The position numbers and the translations under genes were made by a program. The notes under the pieces were generated by a model that saw only the letters and a program-made list of their open reading frames with translations, searched no databases and had not been told where the DNA came from. Positions 1-12,529 of a stretch of 64,000 nt of DNA are shown piece after piece (the stretch's first letter is position 1; the number at the start of each line of letters is the position of its first letter). Origin of the DNA: Octopus vulgaris (lineage: Eukaryota); assembly GCA_951406725.2 (NCBI GenBank), contig OX597814.1, forward strand, positions 136,462,001 to 136,526,000, given 5' to 3'.

Positions 1-1676
1 CCACAAACACTCCCCAAGCTTTCCTATCGTTTATAAACTCTCTTGCATCTCTCACTCCAACACCTCTAACCACCAAATCTTTCCTCACTCCATCCATCCA
101 TCAGCACAAACTGAGGTCCTGTTGCCTACCACTTCAGCCTTCATCACCCTCCTTACTACCCACTCTTCATCCATCCTCTCCTTGTGACCAAACCACCGCA
201 ACATTCGTCTATCCAATTTAGTTGTTAGTTTTTCTTTCATTCCTGCTTGTCTTCGGACTGCCTCTTTCCTCAACCTGTCCATCCGTGTCACACAAATCAT
301 AGCCCTCATACATTTCATCTCAAACACATCTAGTCGCCTTCTTTCCGCCTCTCTCAGCCCCCACGCCTCTGCACCATATAACATTGTAGGCACAATCACG
401 CCTTCAGACACACCTCTTTTTGCTTTCATACTCAACCTTTTATCTCTCAGCGTACCTTTCACAACTCCAAGGATCTTACTCCACTCCCTCACTCTGTATC
501 CCATCTCCACAGCCAACCCCACCATCCGCCGTCACATGTGATCCTAGATACTTAAAAAACACTCACCTCCTCTAACATCTCACCATTTATACTCACTTCC
601 ATCCCACCAGCTCTTCCCTCTCTCGAACATCTCATCACCTTACTCTTGGCTACATTCACTTTTAGTTTCCTCCTCTCACACGCTCTTCCAAACTCTAACA
701 TTAGTCTCCTTAGTTGCTCTTCCGAATCCGCCACCAGTGCTGCATCATCAGCAAGCAACACCTGACTCACCTGTCATTTCTCTCCATTTTCTCCCACAAT
801 TTGGGCTCCCCTACCAAGGGTTCTAGCATTTACCTCTCTCACCACACCGTCCATATATAGATTAAACAGCCACGGAGACATCACACAACCCTGTCTTAAC
901 CCCAACTTCATATCAAACCACTCATTTCTTTCACCAACAACCCTAAAGCACGCCCTACTTTCTCTTTAAAATCACTGAACGGCTCTCAGCAATCAACAAT
1001 CTAATTCATACAACCGCAACACCTGCCACATTGCATCCCTGTCCACTCAGTCATATACTTTCTCTTAAGTCCATAAAGGCCCAATACACCTCTCTCTCGT
1101 TTGCCAAAGACTTCTCACACATCTGTCTGACTACAAATATTTGATCTGTACACCCGCTTCCACTCCTAAAACCACACTACTCCTCCCCAGGTACACTCTC
1201 TGTCTGGTTCCTCACCCTAACAACCAGAATTCTCCCATACAGTTTAGCAACCACATACAACAGGCTTATAACACAAACATTTCCACAATCACATTTACTC
1301 CCTTTCCCTTGTACATTGACTCTATACAGGCACTGCACCATGCATTTCGTACTCTTACGGCCATATAACAAACATTTATAAGCGTCACTAACCATTCAAT
1401 CACTGTCACTCCTCCTTTCTTTAGGCATTCCACTGTACACCCATCTATACCTGGCGCCTTCCGGTTTGCCGTCTTCCGCAGGGATTCCCTCACCTCTTCT
1501 CTTCAAGTTGCACCATAATTCCATTCCCCAACAACAGGCGTTCTCCACTCTCCTTCTACAGCAACTATACTTACCTCCCTAACATCCTCCACATTTAACA
1601 GCTCACTAAAATACTCTTCCCATTTTTATACATCCTCACTTCCTTTCAACAAATTTCCCTTTACATCCTTCACCCT
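1..1676 (-). mobile_element. RTE-clade LINE reverse transcriptase region, frameshifted remnant
   Basis: Minus-strand ORF pieces in RT order: RKAPGIDG (1266-1493), LLADDAAL...LKVNVAKSKVM (552-770), PTMLYGAEAW...RMLRWFGHKERM (85-525). It runs into the gap. Confidence 0.9.
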
Positions 1677-1776
1677 NNNNNNNNNNNNNNNNNNNNNNNN
1701 NNNNNNNNNNNNNNNNNNNNNNNNNNNNNNNNNNNNNNNNNNNNNNNNNNNNNNNNNNNNNNNNNNNNNNNNNNNN
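1677..1776. other. Assembly gap (100 N)
   Basis: Run of exactly 100 N, typical of a fixed-size scaffold gap. Confidence 1.
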
Positions 1777-2559
1777 AGATAGATAACTATTGCGGTTAGG
1801 AGTTCCGCTTAGCCCTTTTCGATTCAGTCGACTCAATTTTCAACCTCTCCACAGCGGATATTGGCCTTGTGCTTAATCAAAAAGAAATCGATTCAGACGT
1901 TGAGAATGCTGTTGAGACATAAGCGAAATCAAAGACTACAAAATTAAAACTTCACAGCAGTATTTAGTTCTAAAGAACTTCAAAGTAAAAGTATAAGAGT
2001 CCTAGGAAACTGATTGGGAATTACTACATCAGCAGTATTTCAGTTCAATAAAGTTCAAGGACCATCCTTGCCTTAAACGTTAGAATTCTCTTGCAGACGT
2101 TACGCAAATTATATCCGATTCTATTGAACTTTAGCATTACAAAACGGCAGATATAATGTATTGCATCGACTTAAATATAAGCGGCGGTATAGTTTATTTA
2201 GTTTTTAAAATCTTTGTTGTCTTTTTTCTTTTATCCTCTATTCGTTTTCAGTCATTGGACTGCCCAGAAGGGTTTTTAGTCGAAGAAATTGACCCCAGAT
2301 TTTTTTTTAGTTTTGGTACTTGTTCCCGTGAAGTTACAAGGATGTAAAAAAAAAGAAAAGAAAAAAACCGACACCGGTTGTGATGCGATGGTGGTGGGGA
2401 CAATCAAAATACAAAGACAGACACACACACATACGCATACACACACACATATACTTTCATACGCACATACACACAGAAATACACGAAGACACACACACAC
2501 ACAGACGCAGTATAATTCGGGTGAAAACCTCGTAACGTGCGTATAAGAGGTATTATGTC

Positions 2560-2880
2560 GTTATTTGGCTACCAACACGATATCCTGCAGCGGGGCATGT
2601 TCCAGGGCTTAATACGCATATGGAACTCCTCTTTGTATAAGCTCAAAGGCGAAAGGAAAACAGGAACTCGCCACCAAAGAAGAGCGCACGCGACGGAAGT
2701 AAAAACCAGTTGCACCGGTAGAGAGCTCCTTCAAATGCAGTCGCTGCATGCGTGACTACCATTCCCGTGTGGGCCTCTATTGTCACAACAGACGCCGTAC
2801 CACCATCAGCAGCTGACACGATTTCTTTGGGCGCAGATCCATGGCTTCTTGAGACCAACTGATGACAACTACTAATACAA
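2560..2880 (+). mobile_element. RTE LINE 3' end fragment with C-terminal zinc-finger-like motif
   Basis: Translates to FKCSRCMRDYHSRVGLYCHNRR near 2730-2795, the CxxC..H..GL..H tail typical of RTE ORF2. Confidence 0.65.
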
Positions 2881-3009
2881 CAATAACATAACTCGTGGAT
2901 AAAAGATATCAGACTTTAATAGTAGATCACAACGTTGTGATCTACTATAAAAAAGTATGTTACCTTTCACCCCAGTGTTATATTTTCTTTATACATACAT
3001 ACATATATA

Positions 3010-3758
3010 TTGGATTGTCCGGAAAGTTCGTGCCGATTTCTAAAGGAAAGAAATACTTGCCTTTACACTTTTAATCAACCAAATGTGAAATTGTTATTGC
3101 ACAATGCGTCTCCATCTTTCCTTTAACTTGAAAATACCCTCTTCCCAGAATTGAGGTGGTTTTATGGCAAATAATTCATCAAGGTATCTTTTTACGTCAT
3201 CCAAGGAATTGAGATTTTTACCATTAAGACTATTCTGCTGAGACCTGAATAAGTGGAAATCCGAAGGAGCAATATCTGGTGAATATGGAGGATGGGGTAA
3301 CACATCCCAGCCGAGCAGCAGCAATTTTTGTCTGGTTCCCAAATCATCAAGTGCCAAAAATGAACTTTCTTATCTTCCATTTTAAAGGGTTACAGAATTA
3401 AGACAGGTTATAGGAACATATTGAGAAAGTTTACGAAAAAAACAAAAGACGAAGACAGGTGGATCACAAAACAAACAGATGTATTAGTATAACGCTCAGG
3501 AATAGAAAAAGTCTTTTACGTTTCGAGCCTACGCTCTTCTACAGAAAGGTACACAGAAAAACAAGGAGAGAAAAAAATGTGTGTAGTGGCTAACGATCTA
3601 TCATTGCGACTGCATAAGCCTTCTTCCACGAAAAGATAGCTTAAACTGTGCTCTAAATAGAGGTGTAGTCAAATCCTATTTTATGGACTGAACCATGTTC
3701 TAAAATAAGTCGAAAGGTAAACTACTATAAATTGGCACGAACTTTCCGGACAACCCAA
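3010..3758 (-). mobile_element. Internally deleted mariner transposon with intact TIRs
   Basis: TIRs TTGGATTGTCCGGAAAGTTCGTGCCGATTT / AAATTGGCACGAACTTTCCGGACAACCCAA with TA on both sides. N-terminus MEDKKVHF is joined to C-terminal HPPYSPDIAPSDFHLF...LKERW. Confidence 0.92.
3420..3612 (-). mobile_element. Short Penelope-like repeat nested in the mariner, with minimal hammerhead-like motif (3513-3548)
   Basis: Homologous to 10945-11185. Minus strand reads CUUU-CUGUAGA-A-GAGC(GUAG)GCUC-GAAA-CG-UA-AAAG. Confidence 0.6.
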
Positions 3759-4904
3759 TATATATCTCAATGTATCGCGTACATTAGCAGATATTTTTAT
3801 ACATCGCTATTCACAGTGCGCTTCCAATTCTTTCCTGCCTAGATGCCACGCAGTGGGACTGAGCTCGAAACTGCGTTGTTGCAAAACGTGCTTCTTAACA
3901 ATATAACCATACCTGAGCCTATTTATTTATTTATTTATTTATCTTAAATACGAATTCGTGAACAATAGCGCCGTTGATTCTAGGTTTCCGATTGACTAAT
4001 CTCTGGTGCAGTGCATTTCTAACGGTAAAAGTATGAAGGTGTGTAAACCATTCATAATGTATATACAAATGCAGAACAGCACCAGCAGTAGAATTTTATC
4101 AAAGAAAAACTTTTCTTTTTATACTTAGTGCGGGAAAAACCACAGTATTGCTCCGAATGACGTCAAAAGACTGTCAGACGTCGGTGTTTTGCCTTTATGA
4201 TGCTTAAACGCGGGTCCTCGAATTAAACCGAATCATCGATGTCTGGGAGGTGTCTGACATCATTCAGAACATGATGTGCTTTAACCAATATATCAGTGGG
4301 TTTATAAGCAGTGTATTATCAAATAATTTAAGTACAAGCACTGTTGAAATGTGCATAGAGACGTAATATGTACATTCTCGGAGCATAAAAATTCTAAAAG
4401 AAATTAGCTACAAATTTTATCGTATGTCCTATAGAACATTCACCAAAAATACAGGTAGCAAGCAAACAAGAATATATATATATATATATATAATTTTCGA
4501 GAGATGTCTTGGATCAACCCTAGCATTGAAAATGAAACTGGACGTGCGGAAACTACTTGGAAGTCTCTCGGGTAAGTTTTGTATATAATTCAAAGGTGCA
4601 AACCAGACACATGTTGAGATGCTGATTCTGCCCGAAGGTTACGTTAAGAGTACACGTGTCTGTAGAATACTATTTAATTCCAAAAGTAAGTCCTTTAGTT
4701 GATTGAACAACTGATTACTCATCGTCGGAATTGACGGAGGATACAGTCATCCCGACACGCTTTAGATGTGAGTTCTCGTCGAAGTAGTTTACTTATCACT
4801 AAACACCACTGCTTCCTTCCTCCAAACTACAAATCAGAATGGAATTTCTTCTATCAATATCTACAACCAATGTCATACTTTCAAAACCGTTAAAGAAACA
4901 GTTG

Positions 4905-5118
4905 GCTTCAAATTTTGACACAAGATCAGCAGTGTCGAGGGAGGGGATAAGTCAATTATATCGATCCTAGTACTCAACTGGCATTTATTTTATCGACCCG
5001 GAAAGGATGAAAGCCAAAGTATACCTCGGCAGAATTTGAACTTTGAATGTAAAGACGGACGAAATGCTACTAAACATTCTTTCAGGCGGGCTAACGATTC
5101 TGCCAGCTCGCCGCCTTA
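4905..5118 (-). mobile_element. tRNA-derived SINE, family A
   Basis: Reverse complement of the GGCGGCGAGCTGGCAGAATCGTTAGC head, B-box GTTCAAA and CATCCTTTCcGGGTCGATAAA body also seen at 29216 and 59352. Confidence 0.85.
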
Positions 5119-5254
5119 TACTAAAGAAACTGATAGCCATGATAGACTATTAGTCAAGGACAATTTTGGAAAACTATCATGAAGAGCGTAGATGATATCA
5201 AAGGAGCCTGTAACTAAAAAACCGAGAACTGTGTCAACAGAGTTTGGAGGAAAG

Positions 5255-5620
5255 TTTCTGGCTGTGGGGTAAGAAGCTGGCTTCCCAACTATATGGTTTA
5301 ATTCTCACTGCGTGGGACCTTGAGCAGGTGTCTTCTACTATAGCCATGCCTTGTGAGTGAATTTTGTAGATGGAAACTGAAAGAAGCCTGTCGTATGTGT
5401 GTGTGCCCGCGCGTCTGCGTTTGTACCCCGCCACCACAGCTTGACAACCAGTGCTGGTGTGTTTAACTCTCCGTAACTTAGCGGTTCAGTAAAATATTTG
5501 AAGTAACAGGCTTCGAATATGTAAGTACTGGAGTCGATACAATCGATTAAACAATGTTAAAGACGGTACTCCAGCATGGCCGCAGTATAATGACTGAAAC
5601 AAGTACAGGTTGAAAGAAAA
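5255..5620 (+). mobile_element. tRNA-derived SINE, family B (CORE-like)
   Basis: TGGCTGTGGGGTAAGAAGC head, CCTTGAGCAGGTGTCTTCT CORE-like motif, CCAGCATGGCCGCAGT...GACTGAAACAAGTA tail. Confidence 0.85.
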
Positions 5621-5699
5621 GATATATAAAATGTCAATAAGCAGGGACTGGAGAAGTTAATGATAGCTCATGATAAAACTTTAGCCTTAAATAGTTTCA

Positions 5700-6075
5700 A
5701 TCTTTGGTCTGCGGCTTTACTGGGGCATTAGTCTTGGTGGATTTAGTTGAACAAATCGAACTCAATAATTTTTCTTTTTAAGCTTAGTACTTATTCGAAC
5801 GGTCACTTTTTGCTGAAGCACTAGGTTATGGGGATAGGAATGCTAACAAACAGACATAGATGGTCAATTAGTGATCGGGGTACAAACACAAATACAAACA
5901 CGCACAAAAGTATATAAGGCTTCTTTCAATTGCCGTATACCAAATCCACTCAAAAGGCTTTAGTCGGCCCGAGGCTGTATTAAAAGACAATTGCCCAAGG
6001 TGCCATGCAGTGGGACTGAACTTGGAACCATGGAGTTGAGAAGCATACTTCTTTCTTACGACACAATCATGTCTG
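5700..6075 (-). mobile_element. SINE family B, inverted relative to the 5255 copy
   Basis: CAAATCCACTCAAAAGGCTTTAGTCGGCCCGAGGC...TTGCCCAAGGTGCCATGCAGTGGGACTGAAC is the reverse complement of the family B body and head. Confidence 0.8.
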
Positions 6076-6560
6076 CGCCAATCAAAATGTTGCAGAAAAT
6101 TAGCACAGCAACGCATCGAAATCTTTAATTAAACTGGCTTCATCATAACTTTAAATCATAATGACTAGCAGCACATTGCATGAGGTTATCTAAGGTTATT
6201 AAGTACTAAGAAGGTGTAATAGTGTGTCTCTGGATTTTTAAGTTGTTTTGGTGATGTTTACAATCTTCTTTTGTGTTCGTGTCACTGTTAAAAATAGTCT
6301 ATCAACCACATATCTCTGTTTCTGTATGCTGTGTCAGAATGACCCCCTTCAACGTAGCATTTTTAGAAACAGATCTAGAACATTACCCGAGGTTTAATCT
6401 GTGTGTGTATGTGTGTATATATATATGTATATGTGTATATATATATATATATATTGGCCTGCTCGCTTAGCCAGCGGGGTGGCGTTATTCGAAGGCTAAA
6501 ACAATGCGAACGCCAGCGATGTGTAGCAACATCTAATAGACTGGTCAGTCACGTGATCAA

Positions 6561-6599
<39 letters not shown>

Positions 6600-6622
6600 G
6601 TGTGTGTGTGTATATATACATA

Positions 6623-8227
6623 CAGTTGCGGTCAAAATGTTCAGAACGGCATTGTTTTCGTCAGAAAAGTAGGTATAAGTTTTTATTAAAGTTGCTTTAT
6701 ATTCTATAATTTTCACAGACAATAAATACAATATTAATTGGTATTGTCTGAGATTTTGGTGTAATTTGAGGGGATAATACAAAAGTTATGGATGATATAG
6801 TGATTTACTGCAAAAAAAAAATGATCAGAACGGTTGAAAAAATAACAAAATAATCAAAAATGACAGAGAATACTAGAATTATTTAATATTTAGTGTGAAG
6901 CCCTTTAGCTTCAATCAAAGTTTCACATTTGTGACTGCGTGGAGAAAGTAAATTTTCAATTTCTTGCTGGGTGATCTTATTCCATTCTTCCTGAAGGGCA
7001 TTCCATAATTGCTCGGTTGTTTTAGGATTTCTGGCTTTCAAACATTCTCCTAGAATATTCCACACATTTTCAATAGGATTGAGGTCTAGGCTTTGAGCAG
7101 GCCAATCCATAACAATAACCTTTTCAGCCTTGAGGAAGTTCATGACCACCTTAGCCTTGTAACATGAGGCATTGTCCTACATGAATATGGGTGGTCGCTT
7201 AGTTGAATTTCTCAGCACAGGCAAGACATGATCTTTTACAAGTTGTTTATAAACTCCTGCATTTACCCTTCCATGTAATCGCAGCAAAGGGCCCACAACA
7301 TCTCCAGTTATCATCCCCCAAACCATGACACTTCCTCCACCGAATTTAACACTAGTCTTAAGGCCTTTAGGTGACAATTTTTCTCCTGCTTTTCGACGAA
7401 CGTACCTTTTCCCATCTGAGCCAAATAACATAGACTTAGATTCATCACTGAAATGCACCGTTTGCCATTTTTCTTGAGACCACAACACATGTTCGGTTGC
7501 AAAGGTAAGACGACACTTTTTATTCTTGGAGCTGATCAGCGGCTTCACTGCAGGTGCTCTTGCTTGTAGGTCATGTTCAACTAAAGGATGAGACACAGTT
7601 TTTCGAGATAAAGTTTTCTTCAGTACAATGCTCATTTCCCAAAAAACAGCAGCAGTTTTAAATCTGTCCTTTTTAACCAAATTTACCATAGCACGATATT
7701 CTCTCTTGGTCGTTTTTCTTGGCCTACCTGTAGACTTTCTTGCTTCACACGAACCACAATCATCGTAGACCTTAAGAATACCGTGAACAACACTTTTTGA
7801 CTTGTTAACAATCTTTGCAATAGACCTAATACTTAAATTATCCTTCTTTCGAAGCTTAATAATCTGCTGACGAATTGGTAACGGAGTAAGTATTAACAAA
7901 GTACACTGCAGATATTCTTACTAATGTTTAGTAAACGAACTGTCACGTAAACAAATTCAAAACATTAGAGTTCGACGGTTAGATATACTAAAACATGGAG
8001 TAAAAGCAACCGTTCTGATCATTTTGGCCGCCATGGGTTTTGCAGTAAATCACTAAATTATTCATAACGTTTTTATTATCCTCTTAAATTACACCAAAAT
8101 TTCAGACAATAACAAATAATATCGTATTTATTGTCTGTGAAAATTATAGAATATAAAACAACTTTGATAAAAAATTATATCTACTTTTCTGACGAAAACA
8201 ATGCCGTTCTGAACATTTTGGCCGCAA

Positions 8228-8230
<3 letters not shown>
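6623..8230 (-). mobile_element. Tc1-family (DD34E) DNA transposon, IR/DR type, near full length
   Basis: About 215-225 bp TIRs (6623-6836 and 8007-8230) starting CAGTTGCGG(T/C)CAAAATGTTCAGAACGGC, flanked by TA. An inner direct repeat CCGTTCTGATCATTTTGGCCGC matches the outer one. Confidence 0.95.
6883..7899 (-). pseudogene. Tc1 transposase with one in-frame TAG at 7177-7179
   Basis: ORFs 7177-7899 and 6883-7149 are in the same frame: GRPRKTT, HFSDES, FM*DNA, WPAQSLDLNPIENVW. There are 34 residues between the second D and E. No ATG is evident at the N-terminus. Confidence 0.92.
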
Positions 8231-8274
<44 letters not shown>

Positions 8275-8280
<6 letters not shown>

Positions 8281-8665
8281 AAAAATAGGATAAAATCTTT
8301 AAAAGGGTTTATCAAGTAGTCAGCGGGAAAAGCCTCATAAGGGGAATTTTAAAAAAATTTCCCTTTAAATATATTTATTTTTATTAAGGGCATTACTATA
8401 CATAAATGCCTCACGCTATGATTGACTCTTAAAATCAAAACTACTATAATAAACACATTGTACAATGTGTTTATTATAGTCGAAACGAGACAGGCAACAT
8501 AAAGGACATTCTCTTCATCAGTTGTCCCCTGTTTTATCTACTCCGCGTTTCGATGAGTAAGGACAAGACGCGACTTCATTAAAACACTCCTTCCTGCAAA
8601 GCAAATTAAAATTTGGGATCTTTTGCGGAGGGCGAAAGTGGTAACAGTAACAGAACAGTGAGAAT
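8275..8665. repeat. Composite Penelope-like repeat in (TA)n with a perfect 38-bp palindrome (8443-8480)
   Basis: ACTATAATAAACACATTG-TA-CAATGTGTTTATTATAGT followed by CGAAAC. The left part resembles 20851-20990, and there is a CTGATGA on the minus strand near 8515. Confidence 0.45.
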
Positions 8666-8667
8666 GC

Positions 8668-8692
<25 letters not shown>

Positions 8693-8698
<6 letters not shown>

Positions 8699-9500
8699 TA
8701 GATAAACTTAGATATGTTTCGACCAAAGATTGGTCCAGGCCATGTCTAACTTAATAGCACCACCTGATAGGATTATTCGAATCCTGTTTAAGTCAAGTTT
8801 TGTTTAAGTCAAGTTTTGTTCAAGTAGTGAGTTCTTGTTGGGTGAGTTGTATCCAGTTTTGTTCAAGTAGTGAGTTCTTGTTGGGTGAGTTGTATCCAAT
8901 TATGGGTGGCTTATCTGGTATTCTTTGAAGGAATCTATCCAGACTCTGTTTAAAGTTGATGGGATCCTTTTCCTCTTTGATCTCCCTCGGGACAATGTTA
9001 AATAGGGCAGGGCCTGTTGAGGAAAAGAAATTATGTTGCAGTGTACATGTATGTTGTGATCTTGAATTGGGCAGGGGACGTATAGCCCGTGGTCCAAGTC
9101 CTGGATGAACCTTGAAGCTAATGTTTAGGTCGTTTGGGCAAAGTTGGCGGTATATTTTCCACATCGTACAAATGATGTACCGCTCACGGCGACGCTGGAG
9201 GGAGTAAAGTTTCAAGGCTTTAAGGCGATCCCAATAATCGAGAGCAGCCATGCCTTCAATTTGTTTAGTGAGTGCCCTCTGGGGTGACTCAATTCTGGAG
9301 ATGTTTTGTCTTCTGTGAGGAGACCACAGTGGGCAGCAGTATTCAAGGTGTGGCCGTACAAAGGAGGAAAAAAGTGGTATGATGACACCTTGTTCTCTGG
9401 ACCGGAAAGTTCTTAAGATCCAGGAACTCATCCTACGAGCTATATCGACCTTCTTGTTGATGTGTGCACTCCGACTGAGATCGTCATCAACAATTACACC
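8693..9500 (-). mobile_element. CR1/L2-group LINE, 5'-truncated 3' end
   Basis: ORF 8820-9527 has GVIVDDDLS, FVRPHLEYCCPLWSPH, LYSLQRRRERY and FKQSLDRFL. It ends in a short tandem tail (AAACTTAGAT)2 and carries 16-bp and 43-bp tandem duplications at 8786-8897. Confidence 0.88.
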
Positions 9501-10129
9501 CATATATATATATATATATATACACACACAAATAGCAATTTAAGGTATACATCATTCTTATAGAACATACATAACAAATAACAGGTACAAAAAGAAACAT
9601 ACATAATACAGCGAAAAATATAGGTATAACTGTTAGTAGAAAAGGGTGTACAAACGCTCACACATATGTGGTCTGGCTCACGTAAACTCGCACGTACAAA
9701 CGCACACGCACTTATAACCACACGTACATGCGTGGTTTGGCGCAGATACGCTCACACAGAATTAAGTAAATATTAATAGAGTCAGTGCCGATTACAGGCC
9801 AGTGATACGACTCCGGTTAGTGAGGAGTCGTAGATTCTGTGATGCGGTTCACTAGGTCTGACTGGTATACTTATCACAGATGAACAGTCATAAATACAGA
9901 TCTACATACTGACATGGTAGATGTGTATTTTTTTAATGAACTGCTAATGAAATAACAGATAGCCTGTAGATCACTAGCCAGTAATAGGCACTGGCTTTAT
10001 CAATATGAGTACGAGTTGTATAACATTCTGCCTAAATAATGATTCTACAAATGCAATATCCCTGCATATCTCACATCTATTTCCATTCCTCCACTTCACT
10101 CTCTATTTCGTATCATATTTAAATTAACT

Positions 10130-10413
10130 ATTGCTTAACAATTCTCTCACACCGTCTCCGATGAAGGGATATAAAATATCTGGAAACAGCTGTAAGACCT
10201 TCTATTTATAAATGTTCTAAAATCTTCACAGCCTTGGTTTCTTTTATCTTATTCTGAAATTTTTTTTTTATATATATACACATATTGATATATGTCCTAC
10301 GTTGGACTTCTTATTCGCATAATCACCGAACCTGGAGTTTAACTATGGTCTATCCATAGCACTTACTCAGCATTACCTGAAATCTTTGGGTCTTATTGAC
10401 ACCATTACCTCTC
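10130..10413 (+). mobile_element. Penelope-like non-coding repeat with hammerhead motif (second copy 31333-31592)
   Basis: About 280 bp aligns by eye with 31333-31592. Confidence 0.7.
10154..10198 (+). ncRNA. Type I hammerhead ribozyme-like motif, U4C variant
   Basis: GUCU-CCGAUGA-A-GGGAUAU(AAA)AUAUCUG-GAAA-C(AGCU)G-UA^AGAC. Stem I has 4 bp, the stem III loop is palindromic, and the closing pair of stem II is imperfect. Confidence 0.6.
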
Positions 10414-10944
10414 ACCCCCCTCTCTCTCTCTATATATATATATATGCATATATATACAAAAATATAGATAGATAGATATACAAACATACAGACAGATAGA
10501 TCTACTTATATATAGATAGACATAGATTTGTTGTCAGAATAGGCAAATGAAAATCAGAGACTTTCTACTAGTAATTTATCTAAGGCAGTTCTACCTGTAA
10601 ATGAAAGAGCCGTCGGAGACTAAAACACCAGCATCGTCCAAAGCCCGCATAGTGATGCGTATGACTTCAGAATACCCAGTAGCATGAATAACAGAAACAG
10701 TTAAAGAGTGAATGAACTCTAGAGAGTCAACAGAAATTCAGTAAACCACATACTTGCTTTTGCATATGTATATATGTATGAACACGTTTATGTAAATCAA
10801 CATGGGGAAAAAGGACCGTCTGTCATAAAACCAGCAGTATTTGTTGTGTCTGGTTAACTTGCCTACTTTTGCTTCTTGTTTGTTTAACGACTCGTGTTGC
10901 ACATGCAAGATAGGAAAACAGATACACTCACGTATACATATATA

Positions 10945-11185
10945 TAGTTGGAATTTAGAAAAAAAAACAAAAGACGAAGACGGGTGTATAAACAACAAAC
11001 AGGTGTATTAGTTTAACGCTCGAGAAGGTGAGAAAGTCTTTTACGTTTCGAGCGTACGCTCTTCAACAGAAATGAACACGAGAAAATAAACAGAGAGAGA
11101 ATAAGAAAAGCTTAGTGGCTAGCGGTCGATTATGGCGATGGCCGGACAGAGGTGGTATGACAGGAGAGCTACGAAGAAGGGAAGA
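10945..11185 (-). mobile_element. Penelope-like short repeat with minimal hammerhead-like motif (11038-11072)
   Basis: Homologous to 3420-3612. Minus strand reads UUU-CUGUUGA-A-GAGC(GUAC)GCUC-GAAA-CG-UA-AAA. Confidence 0.6.
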
Positions 11186-11346
11186 TATATATATATATAT
11201 GCTAAGGTATTCAATTTAGTCTGCTATTTCATTCGATAGTTAAGGGTGCATAAAACCTAACACTCAGACCTGATTCATTATGCTAAATATTTCGAACACG
11301 TTTCCGATTTTGTTTCATGACAAGCAGAATAAAATTTATGTGTGTG

Positions 11347-11413
<67 letters not shown>

Positions 11414-11443
11414 CTGTGTGTGTGTGTGCATATATATATACAT

Positions 11444-11477
<34 letters not shown>

Positions 11478-11752
11478 TTATAGTGTGCTCGTTGCCAGTG
11501 CCGCCGGACTGGCTCCCGTGCAGGTAGCACGTAAAAAACACCTTTTGGGCATCGTCGTTGCCAGAACTGCCTGACTGGAGCAATCTCGAGTATAACCGAC
11601 CGAAATTGCAAAGATAATCTGGAACTCGACTGAGGAAAGAAAACTCCGAATGACTCGTCCTTGTTTTCTTTGTATTGTCTATCTGGATGTTTTGTCGACC
11701 TTTTTTGTATCACCTAACTACCTGGATGTCTTGCATTCTTGTCTCATTTTGT

Positions 11753-11810
<58 letters not shown>

Positions 11811-12529
11811 CATATATATATATATTTGTTTATATAATATTGCATTTCTATTTTGTTTATATAATATTGCAGTCGTTGAATTCGTCTTTCATGCTTCATG
11901 TACCAGTAACTGCATTGGGTTTCAAACCAGTCTCAAACACTGTCTACTATTTTCTTCTATTTCTCAGAAATAGATCGAAATAAACGGGAAACCAAAGAGC
12001 TGTAGATAGCCGAGTGGACCGGGTAGGAGACAACCAGCTAAAATGTTTGTTGTTCATACCTTCTAACTAGTATTGATAATATGTCTTCAGCGGAAACTCT
12101 AAGTTCTGATCGACTCAACATTGCAACATATTTCAGTCTGTCGCCACTATTAACACTTCAGAATAGCGAGGACAAATTGTAACTGTTGTAATCAATACAT
12201 AGCTATTGAAAATCTATACAACTATTTCAGATTATAAACGTCGACCCTTTGAAAATTATTTATCGTTCGATTTCCATCAGGTGGCGCTAATAGCTAATAA
12301 TAAATAGTAGTTAAGATTGAACGTAGAATAAAGACGGGAAAAAAAGACACATACACACATATATAGTGTTTGAGCGTGATTAAGTATTTTGATCTTCATC
12401 TAAATTACTGCAAACTACATAATGATATAAAAATGAATGCTACGAATGGCTGGTTTAGACGTGATTTGTGAAATGGTGTTGGAACACGGCCTGATGATCG
12501 CAGTCTTTTTGTTATCAATTTATCTAATG

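Noticed and set aside
11620-11662. CTGAGGA...CTCCGAATGACTCGTCC hammerhead-like string
   Set aside because: It has GAAU instead of GAAA and no consistent stem II or stem III can be drawn.
11278-11983. Many 60-230 aa ORFs rich in YI, CV, HT, LS and MYVC repeats here and throughout the window
   Set aside because: They are translations of (TA)n, (CA)n, (GA)n and (TACA)n microsatellites, not genes.
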